Shown here piece by piece: positions 38,383 through 50,423 of a DNA stretch of 64,000 nucleotides. Under the pieces are notes generated by a model that did no database searches, was not told where the DNA came from, and saw nothing but the letters and a program-made list of their open reading frames with translations. How positions within the stretch are numbered: the first letter of the stretch is position 1; each line of letters opens with the position of its first letter. Made by a program: the position numbers and the translations under genes. This DNA is from Basidiobolus meristosporus CBS 931.73 (lineage: Eukaryota; Fungi; Basidiobolomycota): the NCBI GenBank assembly GCA_002104905.1, contig MCFE01000312.1, positions 1-64,000 of the forward strand. Direction: 5' to 3'.

Positions 38383-40879
38383 CTCCACTGTCTTAGGCGA
38401 GAGAATGAACCGAGTTTTCTTTCCAAAACCTTTCCCGGCCTCTTTTATATGGACGTCATGTTGAGGAGATTCCTTAATCTCCCGAGCTCGTGTCCCCCCA
38501 CTTTTTAGCGGATTTCAGATAAGGTTACGGGCATCCCATTCATTGCCTATATCTCCAGATTCGATTGCCTGATTTGGCACCGGGATTTCAAGTTCCTCAT
38601 GCTGTGACCCAGTATTTCCAAACGATGGTTTCCGACAACAGTTTAATGTTGAGGAAGAAAAATTCCTACAGCACAACAATCCAGCCATCGCCCGGATCCG
38701 TCCGAGACAGGTCCATCGCATTCGAACCGGCCAACCCTGCAGTCAAAATCCCCGGTCCTGGGTGCTCTTCTGTCACACAGAGTCTCCCCAGCGTTGGGTT
38801 GGTGATTGAAATGGTTGATTTTGTGCCCACCCTAGTCTCTCGTTGATTGGGCGGAAAAATTCTCCTCGACTCTGCTGTCTGTCCAGAAAATCCACTTCCC
38901 TACGAGACCCACTATCCATCAGCACGAAGCACATTCCAATCGCCTTCATGGCTTCGGGAGATGGGGCCAAAACAAGGGCACTCCCAAGTGACCTAGTCGA
39001 TTCGCATTGGTCAGCTAGGGTGGATTCGACCATATTAAGGTTCAGCATATCTAATCAACGTATCGTGCCTCATGTGCTTATGTCACCCATTAGAGGCTCG
39101 CGTTTCGCTTCTTGGGACCGTGGCATAACGTACCGCCTGCTTTCTAGAACTCGGAGTCCACCTGCTTCCCGTTTGACTCGTCCGGAGTTTCGTATGCAAC
39201 CTGGGTATGGTGCCCTCGTGCGCTCCACCACTACCTACGCCTGTGAAAAGCCATCTTGCGCTCCTGCCAGATATCCATCAGCTATCTCTCGGCCTTCAAT
39301 GTAGCAAAGCTGAGCTTTAAAGGTACTCTGCCCCTGTCCAATCACAGCCCAAGGCATTCCGAATGACCCCTTGAGAGGTCGGAATCACCCCCAGTGGGGG
39401 TACATCCGTCGGTCCCCAGTACCGCCGGAATTGGCTTCATTCATTCCTGTTCAATGTCCTGGGGAGCCTTTGATCGATGATGGTATTACCTAACCCCATC
39501 GCTCGGTCGTTGATTGTTGCGTGATCCATCCCTATTCGGTAAAAGGGTTGCTTCGCTTCGAATGCGGCCCACTAGGTGGGTGCCTTCAATACCAAGCGGA
39601 CAAGGCGCAGCGGATCCACGAAAATCTAGTAGCGGTTGGTGTGACACCTGACCACCCACATCTCATGTTGGCACCCGACGCTGCGGATGATCCGGTTTTA
39701 CTCTCGCTATGGTTGACACTTTCTACAACTCCGGTGGCGTTTGATGGTGGTATAGTCAGCCTGTGGACAGGTCAAGGAAGCTGAACCTTCCAGGCGCCCA
39801 AGTTGGCAACCAATCTACTGGCAGGGAGCATGAGTCCTATGGAGGGACCTCTTTTAATGTCCATCTACCTGGTAGTGAGGTCAATGATTAGCGGGGGGCG
39901 CTATGCCTTTCGGTACGAGAGATTCGGTGGAGACCAGCGTGTTATGTGAAGTCCATCTGAATTACATGCTGTGTCATGCCACTGGGTATGTGGTGGTGTT
40001 GGATCCGAGCATTGACGAATTGGATCGCAACTCCCTTGATTTCTGGACCTATCCTCCCCAATAGAGATCTCTGAGAGCTCAGATGTATACGTGGGGTCTA
40101 ATTCGGTCCATGGATAGGTGGCTTGGGAGGCATCCAAACTAGAAAATTGGTTTCATCGAGTTCGTGAAATCCGGTTGCATCAGATTCCATTTCCAGCCGG
40201 CCCCTCACGCTCTATTTCCCTTCAGATTAGATTGCAATGCGGTTGGTGCCACACCCAACCCTTCGCCAACTAGGACATAGCCTGGTATGGGAACGGTCAT
40301 CTACTGCCACTTGGGCCTACCTTTTGAATGGTTCTATGGGTTCCCATACGTTGCCCACACCATACAATGCCCCTTGTTACAAATTGCGTCATCCAAGTTC
40401 CCGAAGTTCGGCCAGAAAAGTGGCTGACTCCTTTCCGCCCAATTCACATCCAAACGAATCATCCACCTCATCCCTAACTACCAATGGGCATCCAAATTGG
40501 CGCTACTACTTGGTATAGTATCTACCTCTGTGAATCCGGTGATTTCATTCATTGTCGCTATGTTGGCAGGAAACCATGGGCGATCCTTTGGCCATTTTCC
40601 AAGTTGATGACTATCGAAAAAGTGGATTTTGAGAGGCTATTCAATAGCCACTTGTATTTCCTGGGACTTTTCCCGACCATTCGTCTGGAGTTTGGCGGCG
40701 TAGTTGCGATGACGGAACTCGCAGCCTAATGGCGGGGTTCATAAAAGACAAAGGCATTCTTTACCGGTGGATTTGGATAGGATTGATGTTAGAATCTACA
40801 GTAGTGATGTAAATAGTTCAACACTTATCTACTCACATGTACTCACACAAAGTAGATGTGGCCCTATTGTGTAGTTGAT

Positions 40880-43480
40880 GATGTGAATTTCGTATTTACA
40901 CCTAAATATTTACGTTAATTTAGTCACTTAGATCATAGCTTATGAACTTGACAATTTGGTGAAGATATTCCAAGCAAATCCCGAAAAAGAGTAAAGTCCA
41001 AAAGCCACCAAACTTTATCTCGGGACGTTATTAAACATATTTTATGTGCTTGTTTTGCCAAGACCAGATAAATACTACTCACATATCCCGTAGATCATTA
41101 AGTGAAAACCACTAAATCCGCTTATTTTTGTAGTAAATTTTATATTATGCCTATATATTCACTTAGCTTAGTCACTTGGATCTGTTGTAAAAATTCGGAA
41201 TTCCACCTAAATATTCACCTAACTTAGTCACTTAGATCATTACCTTCAAATCCTAGAGAATACTAACCAAATTCCTTGTCGGGATTTACTTAGAATATTT
41301 ACCCAGAACATGAAAATTAGATAAGTTGTCCAAATAGCCCCAAACTTTGCACACATGCTCTTGAGACCTTCCTTAACCTATTCTACGTGCTTGTTATGCC
41401 AAGACCATGTAAAAGTATAAATACTACTTTTACATTCAGTAAATCATTAAGTAAAAACCACATAATCTACTTGTCCTCCCAATCACTTCCAATATCTCCA
41501 AGACTTTTACAACAGGATCATAGTCTACAAATCTTTGAGAATCCTGGTCAAATTCCTTGTCATGATTTACTTTGAATATTTCACCAAAATATCAGGTATC
41601 CAGTGTTGTAAATTCCTTGTTGAGACTTGCTTAGAATATTTACCCAGAACATGAAAATTAGATAAGTTGTCCAAACAGCCCCAAACTTTGCACACATGTT
41701 CTTGGGACCTTCCTAGACATACTCTACATGTTTGCTTAGTCAGAAATATGCATAAGCATAAATGCTACTTTTACACTTAATAAATTGTTAGATGAGAATC
41801 ACATCAACTACCTGATGACTCAGTCCCTTTCAATATCTCCTAAGCATTTACAATAGCTTTCTCAAACAAGATTGACTGCTAGGAGCCAGCTCCAGAAACT
41901 TCAAAAGCCTGGAATCTGTAGAAACACCCACAATTACTAAGTATTATATTACATTCTCAATATCCCCATTTTTGTACATAGCTTACTGAAATCTTCTATC
42001 AAGAAAGCATACCTTCACTTTTGTATTGGATACCTATTAGCATAAGTACATTATCATAACTCTACCAGCTCTACAACCAGGCATATGCCCAAACACATCA
42101 TATCCTTTTTGTGTTGTCAGTTGCAGATGACTTTCTGAATGAGTAGTACTTAGCCTGAAAGTATATGAGCAAGTATTTTGCAGAAATAAGTCCCTCTAGT
42201 TTTTCCTCATCTCTATGAAAGATCGCAAAGTTAGAACTCATTAGATTTTGGCTGTTATTCAGCTGATGATTCTGCCTCAAATACTCAGTTGCAATTTTTG
42301 GTGGATGTAACAAGCAACTGATTACCCAATTTTGTATGAATGCCAGTTGTTCTAGTCTCCCCCTGGAAAGGATAACTGTTTTTCTACTCTGAAGCTTGAC
42401 CTCAAGCCCAGCCTGCTTAGCAAATCCATCTATCTCATCTCAGTAGCAGACCCTATCACTCAGCAACTCATGACTAGTCTGGATCATATTAGTCCAGGTT
42501 TTTTTTGGCTCATATCCCTTTGACACATTTAGCAGCTTAAAGATCATGCACTCAACTATTCTTTGGCTCAATAAATTTCAAAAAGCTCTAAGCTTTGCAC
42601 ATATGTGCTTTGGGCCCTCCCAGATGTAGTATTCAAGGTATTTGTATGAATCAGTAATAGCATAAATATCACTTCTACAATTAATGTATCATTAAGCAAA
42701 AATCATATATTATAAAGTTGCTTCCAGTCACTTCCTGTTGTGAAAATTTGTATTTCCACCTAAATATTCATCTAACTTAGTCACTTAGATCATCACCTTC
42801 AAATCCTAGAGAATACTGACCAAATTCCTTGTTGGGATTTACTTAGAATATTTACCCAGAACATGAAAATTCTCAAAGTTGTCCAAACAGCCCCAAACCT
42901 TGCACACATGTTCTTGGGACCTTCCTTAACCTATTCTACGTGTTTGTAATGCCAAGACCATGTAAAAGTATAAATACTACTTTTACATTCAATAAATCAT
43001 TAAGTGAAAACCACATAATCTACTTGTTCTCCCAATCACTTCCAATATCTCCAAGACTCTTACAACACTTCCAATGTTTCAAAACTCTCACAATACAACA
43101 CCAAGCCCCTAGTAAATAACTCACAACTGTTGTGAAGATTTGTAATTACACTTAAATATTTGCCTAGCTTAGTCATTTTAATCATTACCTACAAATTTTT
43201 GTGAATTCTGAGCAAGATCTTTGTTGGGATATACTTATAATATTTTCACTAAAACATAAGGTACTCAGAGCTTGAAGTGTTGATAAGTTGTCCAGACAGC
43301 CCCAAACCTTGCACACAAGCTCTTGGGACCTTCCTAAGCATATTTTGTGTGTTTGTTTTGCCAAGACCATGTAAAAGTATAAATAGTAACTTTATACTCA
43401 TTAAATCATTAAGTGAAAACCACATAATCTGCTTGTTCTCCCAATCACTTCCAATATCTCCAAAACTCCTACAACAATAA
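40880..43480. repeat. Cluster 2 of repeat family F (about 6 full or partial copies)
   Basis: Same core as at 6.7-7.2 kb and in the same orientation, at about 40905, 41205, 41600, 42570 (diverged), 42755 and 43140. Confidence 0.9.
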
Positions 43481-44332
43481 TTTGGCAATTGGCCAAGTAC
43501 AAATTGGTGATAAACAAGTGTTGCAGGCACCAAATTCAATGATTGCAACAGCTTTTAGCTTCTTAGTAGCATCAAAAATATCTGAAAATATGTGGCTTGA
43601 TGAGTATTGAAATTAATGCCAAAATGAATTGTACCAATTGCGATATGCAACTCACTGTTGAAACTACTATGCGGCTTGTACAACATGCTACAATGAGGTT
43701 GTCAAGAAAGCACTTGATATGAAATAATGCCAGTTGATCAGACCAGTATTGTCTCACTGGTGCGCAAACAGAATTGAAGAGTTCTATAAGTTGAAATATA
43801 ACAGTAAATGACAAGTTTAGTGCCTCCGTTTAAAGTGGCTGGTGACTAGTGTCTGGTGTTCCTGACCAAAGATGGTAGGAGGGGCCAAAAATCAAGAAGG
43901 TCAGATCAGAAAAATAGAAACCCCTCACACATAATCTGACGAGATCTGGATTAAAGTTCGTGTAACATCAGAAAGACCACTTAAGAATTCCTGTGCTTTG
44001 TGCATCCACAATTCCAATATTGGATCTCAATCCAAACCAACATCGACCACTCATGATGCCGTGCTCCAATGAGGTCGTGAGGAGGTGGGGAAGGATGCGT
44101 TGATGGCCATGTTAGTTGTTGAGCAGTTTCGCATGTGACATCGACGCCATGTGCAAATGCTGTCGCAAAGGATCTACAGAAATGACAATAGGGAGACCGA
44201 ACACCCAAGTTATGACCTCAGGCAACACAACAGAATTCCACCATTCCCCAGCAAGAGGGCCAGGTATGAGAGTATTGAAAATATAAAATGCTGTCCATAC
44301 CTCATCATGGAAGTAACAAAAGTCGCTGCACT

Positions 44333-44612
44333 ATGGATTCCAATATGTTCTTGATTCTTGGAGGGGTTGTGTTGCTCTTCTTAGTGTGTATGAGTATTCT
44401 CTTCAGAGGTAGGTCTATTCATTCGAGATCCAAGTGAAGGCTTGATACTGATAACCAGTTATGTAGATGGAATGGGTCCATCTCCTCCTTGTCCACGCGA
44501 TTCGAACCCACGTTCTAGTCTTGAGACAGTTGCAACTCTTCCTCTCTACGAAACCGTTATTCCTATTCCACCACCAGCATACGTCTACAATGCTGACACT
44601 CCTATTCGCTAA
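44333..44612 (+). CDS. Small single-pass membrane protein with LPxY and PPxY motifs (true start may be further upstream)
   Basis: MDSNMFLILGGVVLLFLVCMSILFR, a GTAGGT...CTGATAAC...TGTAG intron, then DGMGPSPPCPR...TLPLYETVIPIPPPAYVYNADTPIR*. Confidence 0.55.
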
Positions 44613-46295
44613 AATCTTGATTGGGCCTCTATTTACTCTGCCGAACATGTATTATACAATATATATATACCAGCAACATGTAAATGATAACTGTAGACGT
44701 AATAAACCCGAGTCTTTCGATGAACGTTTAGAGCTATGTTACTGCCCGTACATGGAATAGAGTCAGCCACTACATCTCGTGTAAGGGGCACACTACGATT
44801 TTTACGGCCGTCAACCTAGGTATAGCCAGTTTCTTTGTAGATATTCATCGAGACCAGTCATTCCAATCCTCAGTTACAAAGGGAACGGAGGTCGCGTAGC
44901 AGTAATTGCAAGTTCTCCTAGCTACATCCTCTATTTTTGGCCAGGGTGATGCGACCCGCTTGACGGCTGAATAGGTGGAAATCCCACTTTAGATGTACGG
45001 GGTGTTTGATTTAGTTGACAAAAGCATTTTCTTGATCTTACTTTTTGGCCAATATCCAAAGCAAATCATATTCAGAAGGCCGTATATTTACCCAATACAT
45101 AGGCGTAGCAAAACATCACGACTGGCGGTACGTTATTTGAACGTGATTGCTTGGTTGATGAGCTTCACCGTTATCAAGGCTATAGTAATTTAAGGAGAAT
45201 ATGGATCGTGGGTTTCTTTGATTAGAGTTTCATAATAATAACCAAACCGCGATGTTTACTCCTTCTATAAATGGGGTGTGTTTTGGTAGGACACCATTTT
45301 CACGCTGATGGTAGGTTCAATTCCCATATTCCATGCACGATCAGGATTTCCATACCTATTTGATGTGAACCAGCGGCGGTGGGCAAAAGATTTATATCTT
45401 TATGATTTCGAATCTTGATGAGAGATGTGGTATCACACCGAAATATATGTAGCCAGTGTCTTGTTGAGAGCCCTCAATCTAATATCCGCAAGTTAGCGAC
45501 CAATGGCGACAACCAGTCTCATAGTAAATATGAAGACCAGTTAGAGTAAACAACAAAATCCATAAATATATGATGCACTTTCGACAGAACCAGACTCCTC
45601 TACCAGACCTCAGCTTTGAAAACGATCTTTCAACCGATACTACTGCGATTTTATAGAATCATTTCAATCCGACTAGTTCATTATCAATTATCCCGGTTTC
45701 TTTCCCTCAGAGAATTATATTTGGAATTCGCGTAAAAGTACCCTGGTTGCTATAGACGTAATGGGCCTAAATCCACTCGAGCCCCACAGGATGTAGATTG
45801 CGCAACTTCAGCAGATAAAGGAAAGATGGTATACAGCATACCTTACTAGGGCTATAACCTCACTGAGTGCTCGGCGATACCAAAGTAGAAAAGAAGCAGG
45901 GTCATCCTGCAGTATGTACACTGTACTTTGCAGCGTACCCAGCCCATTAACCTCGACTTGGCTACTTCATCCTTAAGTCTTTAGGCTCATTGCTTCTTGA
46001 AGCCTAGCAATGTTCAACAGTTTATTTGTGTTCCGCTGATCTTACCAAAGAAGGTAAGTATCCTCGGGACATAAGCCCTATTTATCATCAAATCGAAAGT
46101 CGGGGTCTGAGTAGAGCCAATCAATGGATGTGCGGGAATCCTAAATCTCGGTCACACCTTTAGTAAATCGACAATAAAGCCAGCCAATTCGGACATGGAG
46201 TAATCAAGTGTTATTGAAAATCAGCGTGTATACGGGGACCAGGCATTCAAGAGAGGTGCGCACTGCCATATGGACAGTTCATTACTACGTTCAGC

Positions 46296-46303
46296 TATAA
46301 ATA
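46296..46303 (+). promoter_or_regulatory. TATA box of the AA11-like gene
   Basis: TATAAATA about 25 bp before the signal-peptide-coding segment. Confidence 0.5.
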
Positions 46304-46323
46304 CGCTGGACTTGGCGTGTCCC

Positions 46324-47209
46324 ACATTCAACAACCTCAAGAACTCAGCGCTTTTCCTCCTTACCCTAGTAACATTGACTGTCGCTCAGATGGAGATGGT
46401 CCAACCCCCGCCACGCCATTCGCGGCATAATCCGAACTGGTCAGGAGCCCCCCGATTACGATATGGTAAACCCATTAGGAACCTACCCTTGCAAAGGATA
46501 TGGGCAAGGTGGAATAGTTCAGACTGTAAAAGCAGGTGCTTCCGTTCAGGTGAAAATTGGAGGCATTGCCAAGCATAGCGGAGGCCATTGTCAATTCGCG
46601 ATCTCGTATGACCAAGGCAAGACATTTGCCGTGCTGGACACCATTTATGGTGACTGTCTGATTGCTAGCACTCAATATTCCGTGAATATTCCCAGCACTG
46701 CCGGTTCGAGTAAAAACGCCGTATTTGCCTGGACATGGATCAACAAGATCGGTAACCGTGAGTACTACATGAATTGTGCTGATTTGGAGATCCAAGGGCT
46801 TGCCGATGACTACATTGCTGGCCCAAAACTCTTGGTAGTAAATCTCCCTGGATACCCAACAATCCCTGAGTTTCCCCACGATGGCCCAAATGGTAGTAAG
46901 GATTTGCTTGCGGCTCGTCCGACCGTCACCATCCGACCCGCGATGAGCGACACGCCTCCTACAACCTCCACAGCCGCTAGTATGTCACCAACCAGGGTCA
47001 CCAGTTCGATTACAGACACAGCTACATCGAAGCCGTCCTCCTCTCCTGCCCCCGAAAACTGTAAAAACATCCCTGCATGGAGTGCTATGACTGCCTATAA
47101 TGCCTCGCAGAGAGTAAGCTACAAGGGTCGCGTATGGCAAGCTAGATGGTGGAGTCAAAATGAGACGCCAGATGCTAATGCTGTTTGGGTCAATTTGGGA
47201 ACATGCTAA
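46324..47209 (+). pseudogene. AA11-type lytic polysaccharide monooxygenase + S/T/P linker + CBM5/12 chitin-binding module, apparently disrupted
   Basis: AA11 motifs HSGGHCQFAISYD and FAWTWINKIGNREYYMNCAD. CBM5/12 reads AWSAMTAY...VSYKGRVWQARWWSQNETP. There is no ATG before the signal peptide, residue 1 is Gln (CAG, 46387), and a frame change falls at a C6 run (46448-46453). Confidence 0.85.
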
Positions 47210-47892
47210 GCATCAATAAAGTGGCTCAACAGCGGTATTCAGTGGTTGCAGTCACGATATTTTACCTTCTATCCTGTGTGTCAAATCTCATCTTGGTACT
47301 GGTAGCAGTTTCCGCTATTAGAGACAGTAGTGGAATTGTAGTAATGGAACTGCCAGTATATTGGGTAAACATAGCATTACCATAGTATATTTACTGATAG
47401 TACTAAAAACTTGCAAGTAAATGGAAGTCACGGTATTGTGTGGATGATGCATCAGCAGAAGCGGGGTGATCGGATTATCCACCGATCTGAACTTGCTCTG
47501 GCTGACTAATTAAAGAGTTGGCCGTGATGTTAGTGATTAGGATGTACATGATTAGTAGTTGGCGATCATTTTGTGAATGCAGACGGGAAATTTCCCGCCC
47601 AGATTCCGCTGTCAATCTATATTACAGTTTTCTCAATGATAATGCACCGGCGGTTCGAGTCGGAATGTACTTACATGATGGTCAGCACCATACCATAGCC
47701 AGAGCAGAGGCCCATGCATCACTCTTTGTGACGCGAATAGGTTTCTATAAGCTCGAATGTGAGAGTTAGATTTGAAGCCTATCGACTTGTCAGTGAATAC
47801 TAATTTGGTAGGCGGGCATTCCGGTAACTCCACTTCTCAACTGGAATAAATACCACACATTCGGGCAAATATCTGTCAAAAATTATTCAACG

Positions 47893-48330
47893 ATGCTTCG
47901 AAACTCAGTTTTTAAGGAAGAGACGATCCTTGGACTAGGTGACATGGGTGCCGTTCTTGCAAAGGTCTTACTCAAGAATGGTCGCCAGGTTACTGTGTGG
48001 AATCGTTCCACCTCAAAAGCCGAATCATTAATCCAGAAGGGAGCTGTGTTGGCAACAAGTGTTGCTGCCGCTGTCAGCTCAAGTCTTATTAGTGTAATTT
48101 GTGTGGCCAATTATTCTGTTACTCGTAGTATACTTAATGCTACGGAGGTGATACCAATATTGGCTGGTCGCATCTTGGTGGAGTTAAGTATTGGTACCCC
48201 ACATCATGCACGTGACGGGGAATCCTGGGCACACAAGCATGGGGCCTTTGTTAGACAGCACTATCCTTGCAACCCCTACCCAGGTTGGCAGACAAGAGAC
48301 TCCAATCTTATGTGGATGTGAATTTAATGG
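47893..48330 (+). pseudogene. Imine reductase / beta-hydroxyacid dehydrogenase-family NAD(P)H oxidoreductase, frameshifted and truncated
   Basis: Reads TILGLGDMGAVLAKVLLKNGRQVTVWNRSTSKAESL...VICVANY. After a frameshift at about 48250 it continues LDSTILATPTQVG.ETPIL (family LDGAI.A.P..IG), then the sequence is lost. Intronless. Confidence 0.8.
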
Positions 48331-48929
48331 AAGAAGTTACAAAGCTGGCAAATTGTTTGAAGCTTAGAGACTTGCACAAGCAAAAATACCAGCCCAGAGC
48401 AATATCTCTAATTGGAATTGGATATTGAGTTAGGGGCTGGGTCATAAAAGTAACACAATATGAGTGTAGTGAACATGCTAGTTCCATGATGCATCCTCAT
48501 GATACTAGACTAGAATTGGAATGTTGATAAGGCTGGTGAGCTTATTGTCCAGTAAACACTACAATAGCAATACAATTGCTGTCTTGATTAGTTCCAGCCT
48601 ATTTCTCTTAGCTGATAAACTATCTCTGAATCAATAATAGGTACAGGGATATAAGCCTTTGATGCACATGACAGCAGAACCTGTTGGAAACATTGAGTAT
48701 GCATTGTCAAAACTGCATTAAATACTTGAAAAGCCTTGATAGTCACCTACTAGTCATACTTGGCAGTTGATGGGGTGTTTAAAGGGTAATGGTACTTCAA
48801 GAAGTCATATCATTTCTATCATTACATGGGTAGATATATATCAGATGGTGAGCAAAGCACAATACTGGCTAATTGCAGTTGAAACATGAAACCACAAGGA
48901 CCTTATAATTGCTTTATATTCTCTAATAG

Positions 48930-49150
48930 CACCTAAATATTCATCCAACTTGGTTCCTTAGATCATCACATACAAGTTCTGGAGAATTCTGACCAAATTC
49001 CTTGTTACAATCTACTTATAATATTTTTGCCAAAGTATCAGGTACTCAGAGCTTGAAGTTTTGAAAGGTTTCTGAAGTAGTCCCAAACTTAGCATATATG
49101 TTCTTGGGATCTTCCTATATACTTATTATTTGTTTGTTTTGCCAAGTCAA
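48930..49150. repeat. Cluster 3 (single partial copy) of repeat family F
   Basis: CACCTAAATATTCATCC...TTAGATCATC...GACCAAATTCCTTGTT...CCCAAACTTAGCA...TGTTCTTGGGATCTTCC...TTTTGCCAAG. Confidence 0.8.
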
Positions 49151-49480
49151 TGGTTACAAGCCCCAAGCTATCACTTGTTGGAATGCCTATAACTGCTGTT
49201 ACCGGTACTTTTCTCATTGCTGGAATGTTGAATGGATCTAACAATCAAGTCTGTAAGGTGAAGATAAAGATGCTTATACATGAAGGTGATCTTTGGGATA
49301 TTGTTACTGAAGAAGAAAACCCCCCTTAAGGTTTAGGAGAAGAAGCCTTAAAGTACCACAAGAACAAGTAAAGTGCCTTAACTGCATTTGCTCAATGTCA
49401 AAAACAAATTGCCCATTCAATATTAAAGAGCAAAAACATCAAAGAACACCTGGGAGCCATTGTAAGAAGCCACATAGTCA
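49150..49480 (+). mobile_element. Ty1/copia gag N-terminal relic
   Basis: LNGSNNQVCKVKIKMLIHEGDLWDIVTEEENP...KSALTAF resembles copia gag LNGSNY..WK..MK..L....LW.IV. Stops are present. Confidence 0.65.
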
Positions 49481-49769
49481 TGCTCAGACATCTAGACAAT
49501 ATATCTTTAACAGAAACTCTATAATGCACAGTTGTTCTAAGGAGAAGAGATGAAGCTTCTGATTAACAGTATCACCCAGTGAGTTGATGAGATAAAATCA
49601 GTGGGTGTACAAACCACTGACAAAGATGTAATAGTTACCTTCCTGAATAGACTGACAAACAGGTTATGGGGTTGTGTAGCAGCCACAGAGTACAGAACTG
49701 AGTATATGACCCCAAATTGGATATATGAAAGGCTCCCAGATAAAGTACTAAGAAAATGAAGTTTCAATA

Positions 49770-50070
49770 CCTTATGAAAAGTAATTGTGATTATGCCATT
49801 GAAAGGTCATCACAAAATCAAAATCCTGTGACTAAGAGGTGTGGATGCTGTAGGGACACCATGTAAAGACTATTTAAAAAAATTGCACCTCATGATTTAC
49901 AATGGACTTGGTCAAAATTTCCATCACAACAATACATAAGTGACATTTGTCTTGCTCCCAATTCTCTCACTTTCTGCTCCCAGGGACTCAATCACCTCCT
50001 ATATTTGTGTACATTGCTTGGCTATGCCTCTTTCTCATACTCCTTTCTTCCTGACTCAACCAATTTCCCA
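49770..50070. mobile_element. CACTA right-type terminal fragment
   Basis: CCTTATGAAAA start; homologous to 59634-59940 and to the reverse complement of 54480-54775. Confidence 0.65.
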
Positions 50071-50423
50071 ACTGGCTAGGTGATTATTAATTGTGGTGTT
50101 ACAGAAGGTTCTGGATATCAATAGAAATCTTAATGACATCCAATTTAGCTAAGAGTACTTTAAGTAATTGCTGGAAGGTACCAAGCAGCTTTGCACATCC
50201 AACCAGTCAGGGATCAGTGTTGGGAAACCTGTGTAGCATAGGGATACCATACATTTGATGACAATGGTAGTTATGGTGACACTGTTTGTTCATATATCAC
50301 AGGTACTGACATAGATACATGCCTAATTTAGAAGCACTACATATGATAATCTTACATAAAGTGAGGAATAGCTGATGAAATAAAATAAGCAGGTGTCAAA
50401 GTTAGCCAGCTTATGCAATAGAA

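Noticed and set aside
38500-40729. GC-richer stretch with several 80-150 aa ORFs upstream of the cyclin
   Set aside because: No consistent frame or motifs; most likely regulatory or non-coding DNA.
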